Positions 27,105 through 40,790 are shown, counted from the stretch's first letter. The stretch is 64,000 nt of DNA from Octopus sinensis (GCF_006345805.1 NC_043016.1:5952001-6016000), one strand, 5' to 3'. Translations and numbers: made by a program. Notes: generated by a model not told the origin, from the sequence alone.

Positions 27105-27790
27105 ATGTAGGAAGAGGTAGACCCAGGAAGACCTGGGATGAAGTGGTGAAGCACGACCTTCGAACATTAGGCCTCACTGAGGCAATAACTAGTGACCGAG
27201 ACTTTTGGAAATATGCTGTGCTTGAGAAGACCTGGCAAGCCAAATGAGTCCATAACCTCATGGCCTATGCCAGGAGTGTAACCAGCCCATTCATGCATAC
27301 CTTTCCTTCATTGGACGTTGAACTCTGCTTGCAAAGACCTGTTAAGGCAAGTGAAATCGAAATCAAATTCGATGACTGGTATCCGTGCTAGTGGAGTGTA
27401 AAGAGCACCATCTGAGCGTGATTGTTGCCAGAGTGGCTAACTGGCTTCCATGCCGGTGGCACGTAAGAAGCACCATTCGAGCGTGATCGTTACCAGTGTC
27501 GTGTTAGTGGCACTTGTGCCAGTGGCACATGAAAAAACATTCAAGCACAGTCGTTGCCAATACCACCGCTGACTGGTTCCTGTAGAGGTGGCACATAAAA
27601 ACACCATTTGAGCATGGCCATTGCCAGTACCGCTTGACTGGCCCTCATGCCAGTGACACATAAAAGCATCCACTACACTCCCAGAGTGGTTGGCGTTAGG
27701 AAGGGCATTCAGCTGTAGAAACTCTGCCAGATCATGATTGGAGCCTGGTGCAGCCATCTGGTTCGCCAGTCCACAGTCAAATTGTCCAAC
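27105..27790 (+). mobile_element. RTE LINE 3' end with hairpin-repeat UTR
   Basis: GRGRPRKTWDEVVKHDLRTLGLTEA...DFWKYAV, then repeated GTGCC-NNN-GGCAC units. Confidence 0.8.
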
Positions 27791-28339
27791 TCTTCCCAGA
27801 GCAAACAGTGTACTGTGTTCTTGAACAAAACAAGCCATTTCACATTGCTCCAGTTCACCCAGCTGTAAATGGATAACCCTGTGACGGACTGGCCAGCAGG
27901 GTGGCATTGTTCAAAAGCTAAAACAATACAAAGCACATTGTGAGCAGCAGTGTATAACAACTGATAGTCTAGTCAATCACATGATCAATTGATATACAAG
28001 TCGGGCTTCTTTCAGTTTCCATCTAGCAAATCCACACACAAGGCTTTGGTCAGCCTGGGTTCATAGTAGAAGACACTTTCCCAAGGTGCCATACAGTGGG
28101 ACTGAAACCAAGGCCACATGACCAAGAACCAAATTCAACCTATGTGTCTGACCATTACTTGAATTAGAAATAAACTTGAAGCAGATGGAACTGTTCAGAA
28201 TGTCCACAACAAATGTTGTGGAAGAATGCAGACATTGATAAGCCCCACAGAACAAAAAAAGATACTAGAAATATATTGCCAAAGTTGAAGAAAGTCTGTG
28301 GAGTAAATAAGAAAATCAAGCGTCCACTGTTCTGAAGTG

Positions 28340-29850
28340 TTGTCATTAGAAAAGTTATATTCCAAGAATGCTTTTAATGAAGATGATCCAGATCATCGAG
28401 TGGAGTTTCGAGAGTAGAACTTGACAAAGATTGTTTGGAGTGATAGTGCTAGATTTAAACAAAATGGCTCAATTAACTGCCACAGTTGCACCTACTAAAC
28501 ATCATGTTAATTTACCAGGAATTACAGAATAGTTTGGCTTATCATCAAAAGAATTAATTAGACCATTCTTTTTTGACAGTACTATGGACTGGTCTCGTTT
28601 ACTTAAACTTGCTGTGGCAATCTATCATGACAAGTATTCAAGAGGACATCGAATACATGGAGATAATTTCCAGGAAGATAAGACACCGCCTACCAAGGTA
28701 CCGTAAAAACGTATGGATCTATATCAATGAAATTTTGCCGAAAAGACAAACTGGACAATGAGATTCAGCAGAACCCCATCACATTGCCTGGATCCCACAG
28801 AATAATGTACCTCCTCCATAGCAAAACAACTGTTTCTGTCTCTTTGTCACACTCAAACCTTTCATCATCTGACACAAGATCCCCTCCTCCAATGCTCCCT
28901 CCCCTCTCAAAGGATCTTTGTCTTGCAAGTTATTTGGTGACCCTGCCAGTGCTGGTGCCATGTAAAAAGCATCCAGTCCACACTGTAAAGTCGTTGGTAT
29001 TGGAAAGGGTATCCCGCTGTGAAAACCATGCCAAAACTAACCTCTGTTGTGTTGGTGTCACATAAAAAGCACTCGGTCCATTCTGCAGGGTGGTTGACAT
29101 TAGGAAGGGCATCCTGTCATAAAAACCATGCCAAAACAGACACAGTAGCCTGAGGTAGTCTTCTACCTGGCTAGCTCCTGTTAAGCCATCCAATCCATGC
29201 CAGCATGGATGGCAGATGTTAAACAATAATGATGATGATGAAATTACGTATCTCATTTTCAGCAAGATGCCTGCTCCTGTCCTTCTATCGTACTTTCTCA
29301 TCCTTCAACACTGAGTGGGGCTTGGTTGAAGGGTATTATCATGCAAGTAATTGATGATCTCACGAGGACTGCTGCCATGTAAAAAGCACCCAGTACAGTC
29401 TGTAAAGTGACTGGCATCAGGAAGCAGAGCCAACTGTAGAAAGTACGCCAAAGCAGATACCACAAATCGGTGCAGTCATCGAAGAACTCATCAGTTCCTA
29501 ATAAACCATTTAACCTATGCCAGCATGGAAAACATATTTTAAATGATGATGATGATGATGATAATACTTGAATGATAAGAGTTTATGATACAAAACTGAC
29601 AATAGTCAATGACTTGGAAACAGCCATTAAACAAGAATGTGCACAAATACCAAATGAAATGCTTCTTGATGTTTGTGATTCCATTAATTTGCATTATCAG
29701 CAGTGTCTGGGCATGAGTCATCAGTTTGAAAACAGCCATTCATAACAAAATTGAAAACTGTCTATAAATTCTATAAAATTTTGAAACTGAAATGGATTTT
29801 AATAAATACTGATTTTTATGGTCATTCAATGAAAGTGTACACTTGGGTGG
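28340..29850 (+). mobile_element. Decayed Tc1/mariner-superfamily transposase split by later repeat insertions (about 28760-29570)
   Basis: EDDPDHRVEF..KIVWSDSARFKQNGSIN; IRPFFFDSTMTGLVYLNLL; C-terminus AIKQECAQIPNEMLLDVCDSI. Confidence 0.7.
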
Positions 29851-30173
29851 GGGTGCACACATACACACACAATGGGCTTCTTTCAGTTTCTGTCAACCAA
29901 ATCCAGTTACAAGGCTTTAATCAGTCCAGGGCTATAGTAGGAGACAGAAGACACTTATCCATGGTGCTACACACCATGGTGTGATTGAACCCAGGACCAT
30001 ATGGCTGGGAAGTAAACTTCTTCATCACACATCTACAGCCTATCAAAAGAGCTTCAGCAACATATCTATCTACAGCCTTTAAATCCAGAATGTAGAAAAC
30101 TAATTCAAAGATTTGTGTCAATCTCCAACTTCAGATGTCCTTGGTGGCAAATAAAAGAAATTATAATTACTGC

Positions 30174-30176
<3 letters not shown>

Positions 30177-30215
<39 letters not shown>

Positions 30216-30299
30216 TACATACGTACATACATACATGCATACATACATGCATACATACATATATATATATATACATATATACATACATACGTACATACA

Positions 30300-30335
<36 letters not shown>

Positions 30336-30590
30336 TATATATACATATATACATATATATATATATACATATATGTATATATACATGCATACATACATAC
30401 ATACATGCATGCATATATATATATACATATATATATACATATAGATATATATATATACATACATACATACATACATGAATACATACATACATGCATACAT
30501 ACATGAATACATACATACATGCATACATACATACATACATATATATATATATACATATATATACATACATACATACATATATATACATAC
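30177..30590. repeat. (ACAT)n/(AT)n compound microsatellite
   Basis: Direct reading. Confidence 0.95.
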
Positions 30591-30819
30591 AAATATAGTT
30601 TTCTATTTCTGTTGAGCTCTTAAAAAAAAAATTAAATCTTTTTTTATCCATCAAGTACTAATTAACTTGACAAAAATTTAACACCAGCTGGCATAGATTA
30701 AAAGCAAAAGTAAACCTGTGATGTGTTGTTTGTTTGTTATTTTGTTATGTTTTTTTTGTTGTTGTTGTTGCTGTTGCCACTGTATTGTAAAGAGACAACA
30801 ACAACAATAATAATGATAA

Positions 30820-31370
30820 ATGCCCTGAAGCAGTACCAGGCACTGACTCTCGTAGCTTCTGATCTTAACTGATTGGAAGTGTTATCATGTACATTGTTTT
30901 GTCTCGGTATAAAAGATGGGCTACAGCAAATATTCTGCTCAATACCACAGATTTGCTTGTCAGTTGTTTAACCTTAACCAGTTGAGCATGTCCCTTAGTG
31001 GCTGACGATATGTGCATCTCTGATCACGAGCAGAAGTAGTGGGGGAGCATCATAGCCATGTGTTGAGAGGGATTCTTTGGGGTTTCACCTTTGGAAACAT
31101 GGGTGTTTCATTCAACATTTTTAAACAACCTTAATTCAAGGACCGTTTGAGCGGGATGGGCTACTTGACCTGAAAAGAATTCTAACTGGGTCCCACCTGG
31201 AAAGTCATGCATTGTTGATCACCATGTCACACATATATGATTGCGCGCATGTGTCTAGTGTACCCTTATCAGACAGGTAGTCATGATGGGTATACTGGGC
31301 TTTGTATATTTTATCCCAGTGTCACTTTGATGGCATTCACTGCTCTCTCACTCAATAATAATAATAATAA
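30820..31370 (+). mobile_element. (AAT)n-flanked retroelement copy, same family as 7640-8440
   Basis: Colinear with 7950-8440; TAA repeats on both sides. Confidence 0.8.
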
Positions 31371-32098
31371 TTCTAACTGTTGGCACAAGTCCAGCAAATT
31401 CAAAGTGCTATACTGGTACTTATTTTATCAAGCCTGACAGGATGAAAGTTGAAGTCAATCACAGCAGAATTTGAACCCAGAATGTGATGAACCAGAAGAA
31501 ATGCTGCCAAACATTTTGTCTGATGAACTAAGAATTCTGCTTTTTCACTGCCTTAATAATAATAACAATAATAATAACAATCCTTTCTACTAAAGATACA
31601 AGGCCTGAAATTTTGGGGGAGGAGACTAGTTAAGTACATTGAAGCCAGTATCTTACTGGTACTTAATTTATCAACCCTGAAAGGATGAAAGGCAAAGCTG
31701 ACTTTGGCAGCATTTGAACCAGAACATAAGGTCGGACAAAATACTGCTAAGCATTTTGCCCGGCATGCTAATGATTCTGCCAGCTTGAATAATAATAATA
31801 ATAATAATAATGGTTTCAGATTTTGGCACAAGGCCAGCAAATTCAGGGGTGAGAGCAAGCTGATTACACTGACACTAATGCTCAGTCGGTACTTATTTTA
31901 TCAACCCCAATAGGATGAAAGACAAAGTCGACTTTGGCAGCATTTGAACTCAGGATATAAAAATGAACAAAATGCTGCTAAGGATTTTGCCTGGTGTGGT
32001 ACCAATTCTGCCAACTCACTGTTTTTGCCACCTGGGCAACAAATGAGGGGTCAATGCAAAGACAGATATCAAGTATGGGATTTTACACAGAATATGAG

Positions 32099-32131
<33 letters not shown>

Positions 32132-32484
32132 TCTTATTCTTTTACTTGTTTCAGTCATTTGACTGCAGCCATGCTGGAGCACTGAAGGGGTTTAGACAAA
32201 CAAAGCAGTCCCAGGACTTATTTTTTAAGCTTAGTACTTATTCTATCGGTCTTTTTTGCTGAACCACCAAGTTACAGGGATTTAAACACACCAACATCAG
32301 TTGTCAGGTGCTGATGAGGACAAACCCAGACATAAAGACACACACACACACACGTGTGTGTGTGTGTGTATGTATATATATATATATATAACGGGAAAGT
32401 TTACGAAAATAAACAAAAGACAAAGGCAGGTGGAGTACAAACAAACAAACGTATTAGTATGGCGCTCAGGAATAGAAATAGAAG

Positions 32485-32522
32485 TCTTTTACATTTCGAG
32501 CCTATGCTCTTCGACAGAAAGA
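32485..32522 (-). ncRNA. Minimal hammerhead-like motif, variant core CUGUCGA (copy 2)
   Basis: UCUUU-CUGUCGA-A-GAGC auag GCUC-GAAAU-GUA-AAAGA in repeat copy 32390-32600. Confidence 0.5.
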
Positions 32523-34024
32523 TACACAGAAAAGAAACAAGGAGAGAAACAAGGAAAGAAAAAAATGCGTGTAGGAGCTAATGATCTATCATGGCGTCCT
32601 GGTATATATATATATATATATATACACACATGATGGGCTTCTTTCAGTTTCTGTCTACCAAATCCACTCACAAGGCTTTGGTCAGCCCAAGACTGTAGTA
32701 GAAGATACTTGTGCAAGATTCCATGTAGTGGGACTGAGCCTGAAACCATGTGGTTGTGAAGCAAGCTTCTTACCATACAGTCAGCCTATATATATACATA
32801 TAACAAAAGAAAGTACACACAGTACAGAATAAAACAAAACAAGAAGGTATACATAATAACCATCATCATCATCATCACCGTCACGGCTTAATTTATGAAA
32901 TCAGCTGAATGTTTAACTTGATATAATATCTACTGTCACTGACTTACACGTCATGGGAAGAGGGGAGTGCACACAGATCCTATTATAATTATTAAATTAA
33001 TCCCTCTGCTTCTTTTATTTATAATCAAAGATAATCTTGTAGTGTAGAGTGCGAGGAGATTAACTATACTCTACGTCTGAAAGAATTAATTTGGAAGATT
33101 ACATTTTACAACTAGTAAGTACGTTGCCTGTTGTTTTATGAACAGAATAAATAACATTTGTGCACATCATCATCATCATCATCACCATCATGATTGTTTA
33201 ATGTCCACTTTTCCATGCTAGCCCTCACTTGTTTCCAAGCAAGGTAATATTTTCCCCATGACTAGACACTACTATAATCCACCACCACATCATCATCATC
33301 ATAATGTCCACTTTTCCATGGTTGGAATGAGTTAGACAGTTCAACAAGATCTGACTAGCATGACTACAGGATGAGCTTCCAGCATCTGCTTTGATACAGT
33401 TTCTATGGAGGGATGATGTCCTTCCAAATGCCTACCATTTTACATTGTGTTCTAAGTGATTTTTGTGTGTGTGTGTGTGTGTGTGTGGCACCAGCACTAA
33501 TGAGGTTACCTAGTAACTTGTTAGACCACACCCTTCGTGGAATGGGAATGTAGTTTTGAGGGAGGTGGCCATGTGCCAAGAACAGAGGTTTAAGTAGGAA
33601 AAAAAGAACAGGAACAGGTGCCATGCAATAGAAGAGACACCTGGCGGCCCCAAGAGGAAAGGAATCAGGATTCAATGTATGTTGTCATTTGTATATAGTC
33701 TGTGTGTGTGTGTGCGTGCATGCACATGCATGTATGTGCACACACACACACACTTGCCATTTATACGACTGTGTGTGTGTGTGTGTGTATGTGTGCATGC
33801 ACGTCTCCTATTTATACAGATCTGTGTGTGTGTGTGTGCAGGAGCATATAATTGTGGAAATATATATATATATATTGTAAATATGTGTGTGTGTTCTTGT
33901 ATTTCAAATGAATTTAAGTTTATGGTTATGTGAGTGTGTGTATGTTGGTGTCCCTTTGTCTTGACAATGCATAATAGCTGTAAATGAGTGTCACTGTCAT
34001 ATAAGCAGTGTCATTCATTTCTAA

Positions 34025-34740
34025 TATCAGCCGGTACTGGCAACGACCTCGCTCGAATCTTTTACACATGCCACCGGCACAGGTGCCAGTAAGGCGATGC
34101 TGGTAACGATCACGCTCGAATGGTGTCTTTGCACCCCACTAGCACGGGGCTCGAGTGCCAGTAAGGCGATGCTGGTAACGATCACACTCGAATGGTGCCT
34201 TTTATGTGCCACTGGCACGGAAGCCAGTTAGCCACTCTGTCAACGATCACACTCCTATGCTGCTCTTTGCACCCCGCTAGCACAGATGCCAGTCATTGAT
34301 TTTGATTTCACTTGCCTCAACAGGTCTTCGCAAGCTGAGTTTTAGTGTCCAAAGAAGGAAAAGGCATGCATAAGTGGGCTGGTTATGCTCCTGGCATAGG
34401 CCACGAGATTATGGTCTCCTTTGGCTTGCAGGGTCTTCTCACGCACGGCATATTTCCAAAAGTCTCAGTCACTAGTCATTTCCTTGGTGAGGCCTAAAGT
34501 TTGAAGGTCGTGCTTCACCACCTCATCCCAGGTCTTCCTGGGTCTACCTCTTTCACAGGTTCCCTCAACCACTAGGGTGTGGCACTTTTTCACACAGCTA
34601 TCCTCATCCATTCTTGCCACAGGACTATACCAGCACAGTCATCTCTCTTGCACACCACATCTGATGCTTCTTAGGTCCAACATTTCACTCAAGGTACTTA
34701 CACTCTGTTGAGTATGCACACTGACATTACACAACCATCG
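34025..34740 (-). mobile_element. RTE LINE 3' end, same family
   Basis: Reverse complement gives RMDEDSCVKKCHTLVVEGTCERGRPRKTWDEVVKHDL plus the same UTR. Confidence 0.8.
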
Positions 34741-34771
34741 AATTATACTGTATATAAATAATAAGGGTAGA

Positions 34772-34917
34772 AAATCACCATTACCACGAAGAATGTGTTC
34801 TCAAGAAAAATCACAGCAAAAAAAAAAATGTAAAAAATGTAAAAATGTATATTTTTACATTTTGGTTTTTTGCTGAGATTTTTCTTGAGAACACATTCTT
34901 CGTGGTAATGGCGATTT
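34772..34917. repeat. About 145-bp fold-back palindrome
   Basis: CCATTACCACGAAGAATGTGTTCTCAAGAAAAATC and its reverse complement bracket an A/T core. Confidence 0.85.
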
Positions 34918-35689
34918 GACATCTATGTCTAGCATATAGGCTGTCCACTTTAGTGGTCATTCCTCTAAATTTTGTATACATAAATATATATACGTACATA
35001 TATATATGTAGAAGATACATCGTGGAACTGTTATTGTAATGAGTTATATCTATTTATCACCTGTATAGACATATCTGCACCATCGGATGTTCCTGAACCA
35101 GTTGTTAAGTATCCCATCCATGAGGGATTGATGTTTGATGTGTCGAAACAATTGCAGTGATTAATTGAGATTCTCTTGTCTTCTATCTTCCATTTTCCAT
35201 TTACCACACATACATACATATATATATAATATAGTAGCTGCTTTCTCGTAAACAAGCAAAGCCATTACTTGAAAAGAATCACTGAAAATGAATCATTGAT
35301 GATGGAATGTTAGGCCCTTGTATGACTCTTGAGTCAGGCCAAAGATTTGCACATTCTACTGCACAATGCACAGCTGTGCAGGCTGGCAGAAGGACCAGGT
35401 GCCATACCATGAACTTTTTTGATATACCTTTTCAATCCTCTAACTGAAAGGCACACCTTTCCACAGGTTGCATGTGTTCTGTTATGAAAAATAGTCATAT
35501 CACAGTTTGTACCTGCATGACCCAAGCATTTCCTCCCACAAATCACACACAAGCAACACTCCCTCATTTTTCACAGGTTCATTCTTTCTAAGCCTTTTCT
35601 TGATCTTCTCATGCTTTATTTTCTCTTTCAAACTTAGAACATTCTTTTCCTCTACCTCCCTCAGTCTTGTACCTCTTTCTCCCAATTAA

Positions 35690-36030
35690 AAAACTGAAAC
35701 TCCTTTCTGTGTCATAGTAATTCTGGGGTAATCTCATTTTGGGTTTATGTGCTGGTCTCCTACCACTTTCCAGCTCACCAGACAAAAGTTGCTCGGGTTC
35801 ACCATTCATCCTTACCAGATATCCACCCCACCTAAAACGACTTTGCAGAATCATTGATTCTACACTTCTGCTACCACTTCTCTCAAGTACCTCCACATAA
35901 CTGATGGTCATTTTCCAATTCATCCCAAGAATTTTCTTAAGATAATATTGATGATATTCCAAATGCCTTAAATGCCAACAATAAACAGTCCATGTCTCAC
36001 TTCCATATAGCAACGATGCCAGGGCAAATG
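35690..36030 (-). mobile_element. RTE-clade LINE RT C-terminal fragment
   Basis: LYGSETWT...ILGMNWK...RFRWGGYLVRM...LLSGELESGRRP. Confidence 0.85.
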
Positions 36031-37554
36031 TGCTATAAACCCTAACTTCAATTTAGAAAGATATACTATGGCATGACCAGAGATGCACATATATTTCTCA
36101 ACATGATCATTAAAGGCCAGAAGCTGCCACTTTCAAAAATATAAAAAAATTTCCTCTTTTAAAAGTAGGTTTTATTATATAAATACATACAGACACACAC
36201 ATGAAAACGTGTACAAATCGCTATAATTATAGTCAAGTCAGCCTATCTGTAAAATGACTTCTGGTTTGGTTTGTAACACTCTCATGCTCTCTCTCTTTCT
36301 CCTTTTGTATGTGGGTATGCATGTTTGTTTGTACACAGACGCAGACATATTCTCAAGACGATCATTTAAGACCATAAGCTACCACTTTCAAAAATATTTT
36401 GTAAAATTTCTTCTTTTAGAAGTAAGTTTATTACAAAATGGAAAAAAAAAATTCTCTTAAGAAAACTTATGAATAACATTTGCTTTTCTCTATTAAATTT
36501 TAATGATAAAAATCCTTTATAATTCAAAACAACATGTTTAGACATGTTCATTTATAGGATGCTGTCAGTAAAATTGAGGATCTTTCAGACATAAAGACTC
36601 TTGCTAATCAAAGTCAATTTACTATACAAAGAAGATCACACAGCCATCCCAATTATATAGATGTAAAATTCACTAAACATATTGGACACACGGATATTGT
36701 TTCACTGTTAAAATTTCCTGTCTTGTTTGTTTTATATAAAGTTGTATATAGAAATAAAAAAGAACAGGTAAAAACTAATATGTATTTTGGTTTATTAAAT
36801 GTTTCTTTTATTTCGATATTGTTTTTTACCTTCTTTTACTTAATTCTTTGTTGAATTCATTATCTGTATTTCAATGGAACAGAATATTACTTATTCCAGA
36901 CTTAAAACAATGGGTCATGCACTAGTGTGTATATGTGTATACACACACACTTATATGCAAAGAACTGAAAGCAGCAAAAGATATCTTGGTACTAGCAGAT
37001 AAAGACCAATCATTTATGCAATGCTGATATATATATATATATATATTTACAAACTAACACATATACGTGGGAAGGAAGAGCAAAGGTGTTTCACTTTGTA
37101 CACACATACACAAGCAAAAAGAAAAGTGACAAAGGTATACATACAAACACGCAAATACATTACATACCTTCACCCATGCACAACACACAACTATCTTCAC
37201 ATACTTTCTTTCTGCATGACCAACAAAAACAGGCTTTCCACTTCTAGTTTATGGTTGAATAGTTTAGGAGAACAAAGGCAACTAGTTTTAAAATACTACT
37301 AGGTGTGTTGAGGAAACTGAAACATCACACAGGCACAAACATCCCTATAAATGCAGGCACGGTTAGGATGGTTAAAAAGCCTGTTTTGGAACCACATGGT
37401 TTCAGGTTCAGTCCTGCAGTGCAGCACCTTGGGTAAGCATTTACTATAGGCCTTGGCAACCAAAGTTTTGTGAAAAGATTTGGCTAACAGAAACAAGTCC
37501 ACTGAGTATGTGTATATCTTTCTTTGTGTGTGTGTGTGTGTGTGTATTTTTTTT

Positions 37555-37958
37555 TTTTACTTGTTTCAGTCATTTGACTGCGGCCATGCTGGAGCACCGC
37601 CTTTAGTCGAGCAAATCGGCCCCAGGACTTATTCTTTGTAAGCCCAGTACTTATTCTATCGGTCTCTTTTGCCGAACCGCTAAGTAACGGGGACATAAAC
37701 ACACCAGCATCGGTTGTCAAGCAATGCTAGGGGAACAAACACAGACACACAAACACACACACATACACATATATATAAACATATATATACATATATATGA
37801 CAGGCTTCTTTCAGTTTCCGTCTACCAAATCCACTCATAAGGCATTGGTCGGCCCGGGGCTATAGCAGAAGACACTTGCCCAAGATGCCATGCAGTGGGA
37901 CTGAACCCGGAACCATGTGGTTGGTAAGCAAGCTACTTACCACAAAGCCACTCCTGCG

Positions 37959-37960
<2 letters not shown>
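37555..37960 (-). mobile_element. SINE family B
   Basis: Colinear with 19637-20040. Confidence 0.85.
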
Positions 37961-37989
<29 letters not shown>

Positions 37990-38086
37990 CGTATATATAA
38001 TGCCATCCGAACGTGGCCATAGCCAGCACCGCATCGACTGGCCTCCGTGCTGGTGGCACGTAACAAACACCAAAACACCATAAATA

Positions 38087-38130
<44 letters not shown>

Positions 38131-40018
38131 AAGGTGCAGGTGTAGCATTGAGGTTAAGAAGTTTGCTTCCCAACAGGACAAATGTCTTCTATTACAGCCC
38201 CAAGCCAACAAAAGCTTTGTGAGTAGATTTGGTAGACAGAAACTGAAATCCTATTGTAAAATTTAATCTTGCATGTGTATGTATGTATTTATCTGTCTAT
38301 ACACACATACACATACATACATACACACAGATACATACAAACATACATACAGATACAGGCATGGCTGTTTGCTAAAGAAGTCAGATCATGTGATTTCAAG
38401 TTCAGTCCCACCACTCAGTGGGGCTGAACTTGGTCTCCAGTGTCTACTTTAGCAAGGTTACTATGTTTTTTCACGGCACTGGCCCTTGTAAGGCCACCAC
38501 CAAGTAACTTGCGAAACAAGACCTTTTAACTGAGTAGGAGTATGGTAGAGAAAGAAGTGGCTTTAAGCCAGATGCTGAGAGACTTAACCTTGATAGTGGG
38601 ATAGGAAGAGGTATCTGGTTGAATTGGAAATACATGGCTTCCCTACCAGCAAAGAGAGAAAGAGATGGTGAAGGCAAGGGTGTACCTCGACATCTTTTTC
38701 TCCCTTCAAGGTGTAAGCTGAATATTAGTGAGAGAATAGAGAGAGAGAGGATCAGAAAGAGTGGGTTGATAGATATGTTCATACGAATGTGAAGGCAATG
38801 TGACAGTAATTATATACAGTAAATATGCAAAAATATCATCAACACATACAAAGCATGGATGACAATATTTTGACCACCCACTGAGCACAATTATTACCTC
38901 CTCGTTATACAATGCATATTTGCATAAAATGCATTACAACACCAACCAGTCAATAAATCTCTAAAACAGCTTGAGAGGACCGGCCTTCTCGTCCTGCAAT
39001 TTGTACAAGCAACATTTCACACAAACGAACCACTACCATCCACAACTGGCCACCACTCTTCCTCTGCCTATTTATTCCTCGCTTGGGCTATGTGTTTCTT
39101 TCTGTCAATTCTTGTTTTATCCTGATTAAGAAGTTGTAAGCAAATGAACCTGACCGGTTTGAGCACTAATTTGGTACATGTGTACCTGTTGTAATTTTTT
39201 TGTCAGGAGGTATTTAAAACACCAATGATTTACAATCATACAATTTTTACCTGTTCTTTTTTTTTCTTCTCTTTTGCTAAATTTGATTGCTATCATCATC
39301 ATCATCATTTTGCTGTCCATCTTTCTTTGCTAGCATGGACTGGATGGAATTTGTGGAAGTAGATTTTTCTATGGCCAAATCCGTCTTCCAGTCACCAACC
39401 AAGATGATATTACCACCCTGTGACCAGACATGAGTCCATGGAAGATGAGAAACAAAGGGCACCACTTGCAAGATATTGTCACCCATTTACAACTATCACA
39501 GGATGTCAAGGCAAGGAGACTGCAACACACACACACACACACACACATCAAATCCACTCAAAAAGCTTTGCTCAGTACAGAGCCATAATAGAAGACATTT
39601 TCCCCAAGGTGCACACAGTGAGACTAAACTAGAAATCATGTGATTGGGAAACAATCTCTTAAATGAGACAGACATGTGGGTACCAGATAATGATGATTCC
39701 ATGGACAGGTGAAAATTAATTAACAGGTGTAAAAGCTATGCCTTTATGGATAAACACTAAGCTTAAACATTTGTGTCTTTTTATTGTTTATTTCTAAAAC
39801 TGCCACCTCATTATATATTACTGTATCATTCCACCTCCCTTACACTGCCTCTCACCTCACCCTCCTCCTCCCCTTATTAAACATATCATTGTCATTCACA
39901 CACCCACTCCTACTTCATTTCATATTACTGCATTGCTCCACCTCTCTCTCTCTCTCTCTCACTTTGTCTCACACCACACACTCTCCATTTCTTACTGAAC
40001 AAATATCATTCACTTCCC

Positions 40019-40071
<53 letters not shown>

Positions 40072-40428
40072 GGCTGCCTCATTAAATATTAGTCTCACTC
40101 CACCTCTCTTGCTTTCTTTCTCATCTCATACTCTCCCTCTCTTATTAAACATATATAAATCATTCATCTTCTCTGTGCCACCTCATTATACATGACCTGT
40201 TGTAGAAATTTCACAGCATGTACAATCATATTTAGTTTGAAATGATTTCATCACACATTATAGGCGTAGGCCTAACTGTTGTGGTTAAGAGATTCGCTTC
40301 CCAACCACATGGTTTCAGGTTTAGTCCCACTGCATGGTACCTTAGGCAAGTGTCTTTAAATATAGCCCTCGCTAACCAAAGCTATCTGAGTAGATTTGAT
40401 AGACGAAAACAAAGAAACCCATCATGAA

Positions 40429-40469
<41 letters not shown>

Positions 40470-40536
40470 CAGAGATGTACTCACATAGCAAGTGACATGA
40501 TCTGAGATAGTGTGCTGGAACAAAAACAATTGCAAC

Positions 40537-40790
40537 GTAGAAGGTGTTTATAAGACATTTAAGAAACACACAAAACCCGTTAGATTCACTTCAAATTTAA
40601 TTTGTCAAAATATTTTTATCACTTTGAGACCGCGACCTCTTCACTGACAAAATTCCGTGCAACAGAATTTTGTCAGTGAAGAGGTCGCGGTCTCAAAGCG
40701 ACGAAAACATTTTGACAAATTAAATTTAAATGTTGAAGTGAATCTAACAGTTTTTGTGTGTTTCTTAAATGGCTTATAAACACCTTCCAC
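40537..40790. repeat. About 254-bp fold-back palindrome flanked by (TA)n, probably Penelope-like derived
   Basis: Arms 40537-40655 and 40665-40790 are near-perfect reverse complements around a 9-nt loop. Confidence 0.85.
40669..40719 (+). ncRNA. Hammerhead-like motif with G at core position 3, in the arm of a fold-back element
   Basis: UUUGUCA-GUGAAGA-G-GUCGC ggucucaaa GCGAC-GAAAACAUUU-UGACAAA; 7-bp stem I, 5-bp stem II. Confidence 0.4.

Noticed and set aside
27400-27700. CRISPR-like repeat-spacer appearance
   Set aside because: Units are imperfect, spacers are not unique, the array is a LINE 3' UTR and the context is eukaryotic with no cas genes.
30105-30654. Overlapping ORFs of 109-159 aa on both strands
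   Set aside because: Translations of (ACAT)n/(AT)n microsatellite.
38890-39190. Possible alternative first exon in unique sequence (minus strand, GAG|gtaata donor)
   Set aside because: No in-frame ATG for a phase-0 join to exon 2 and no homology.
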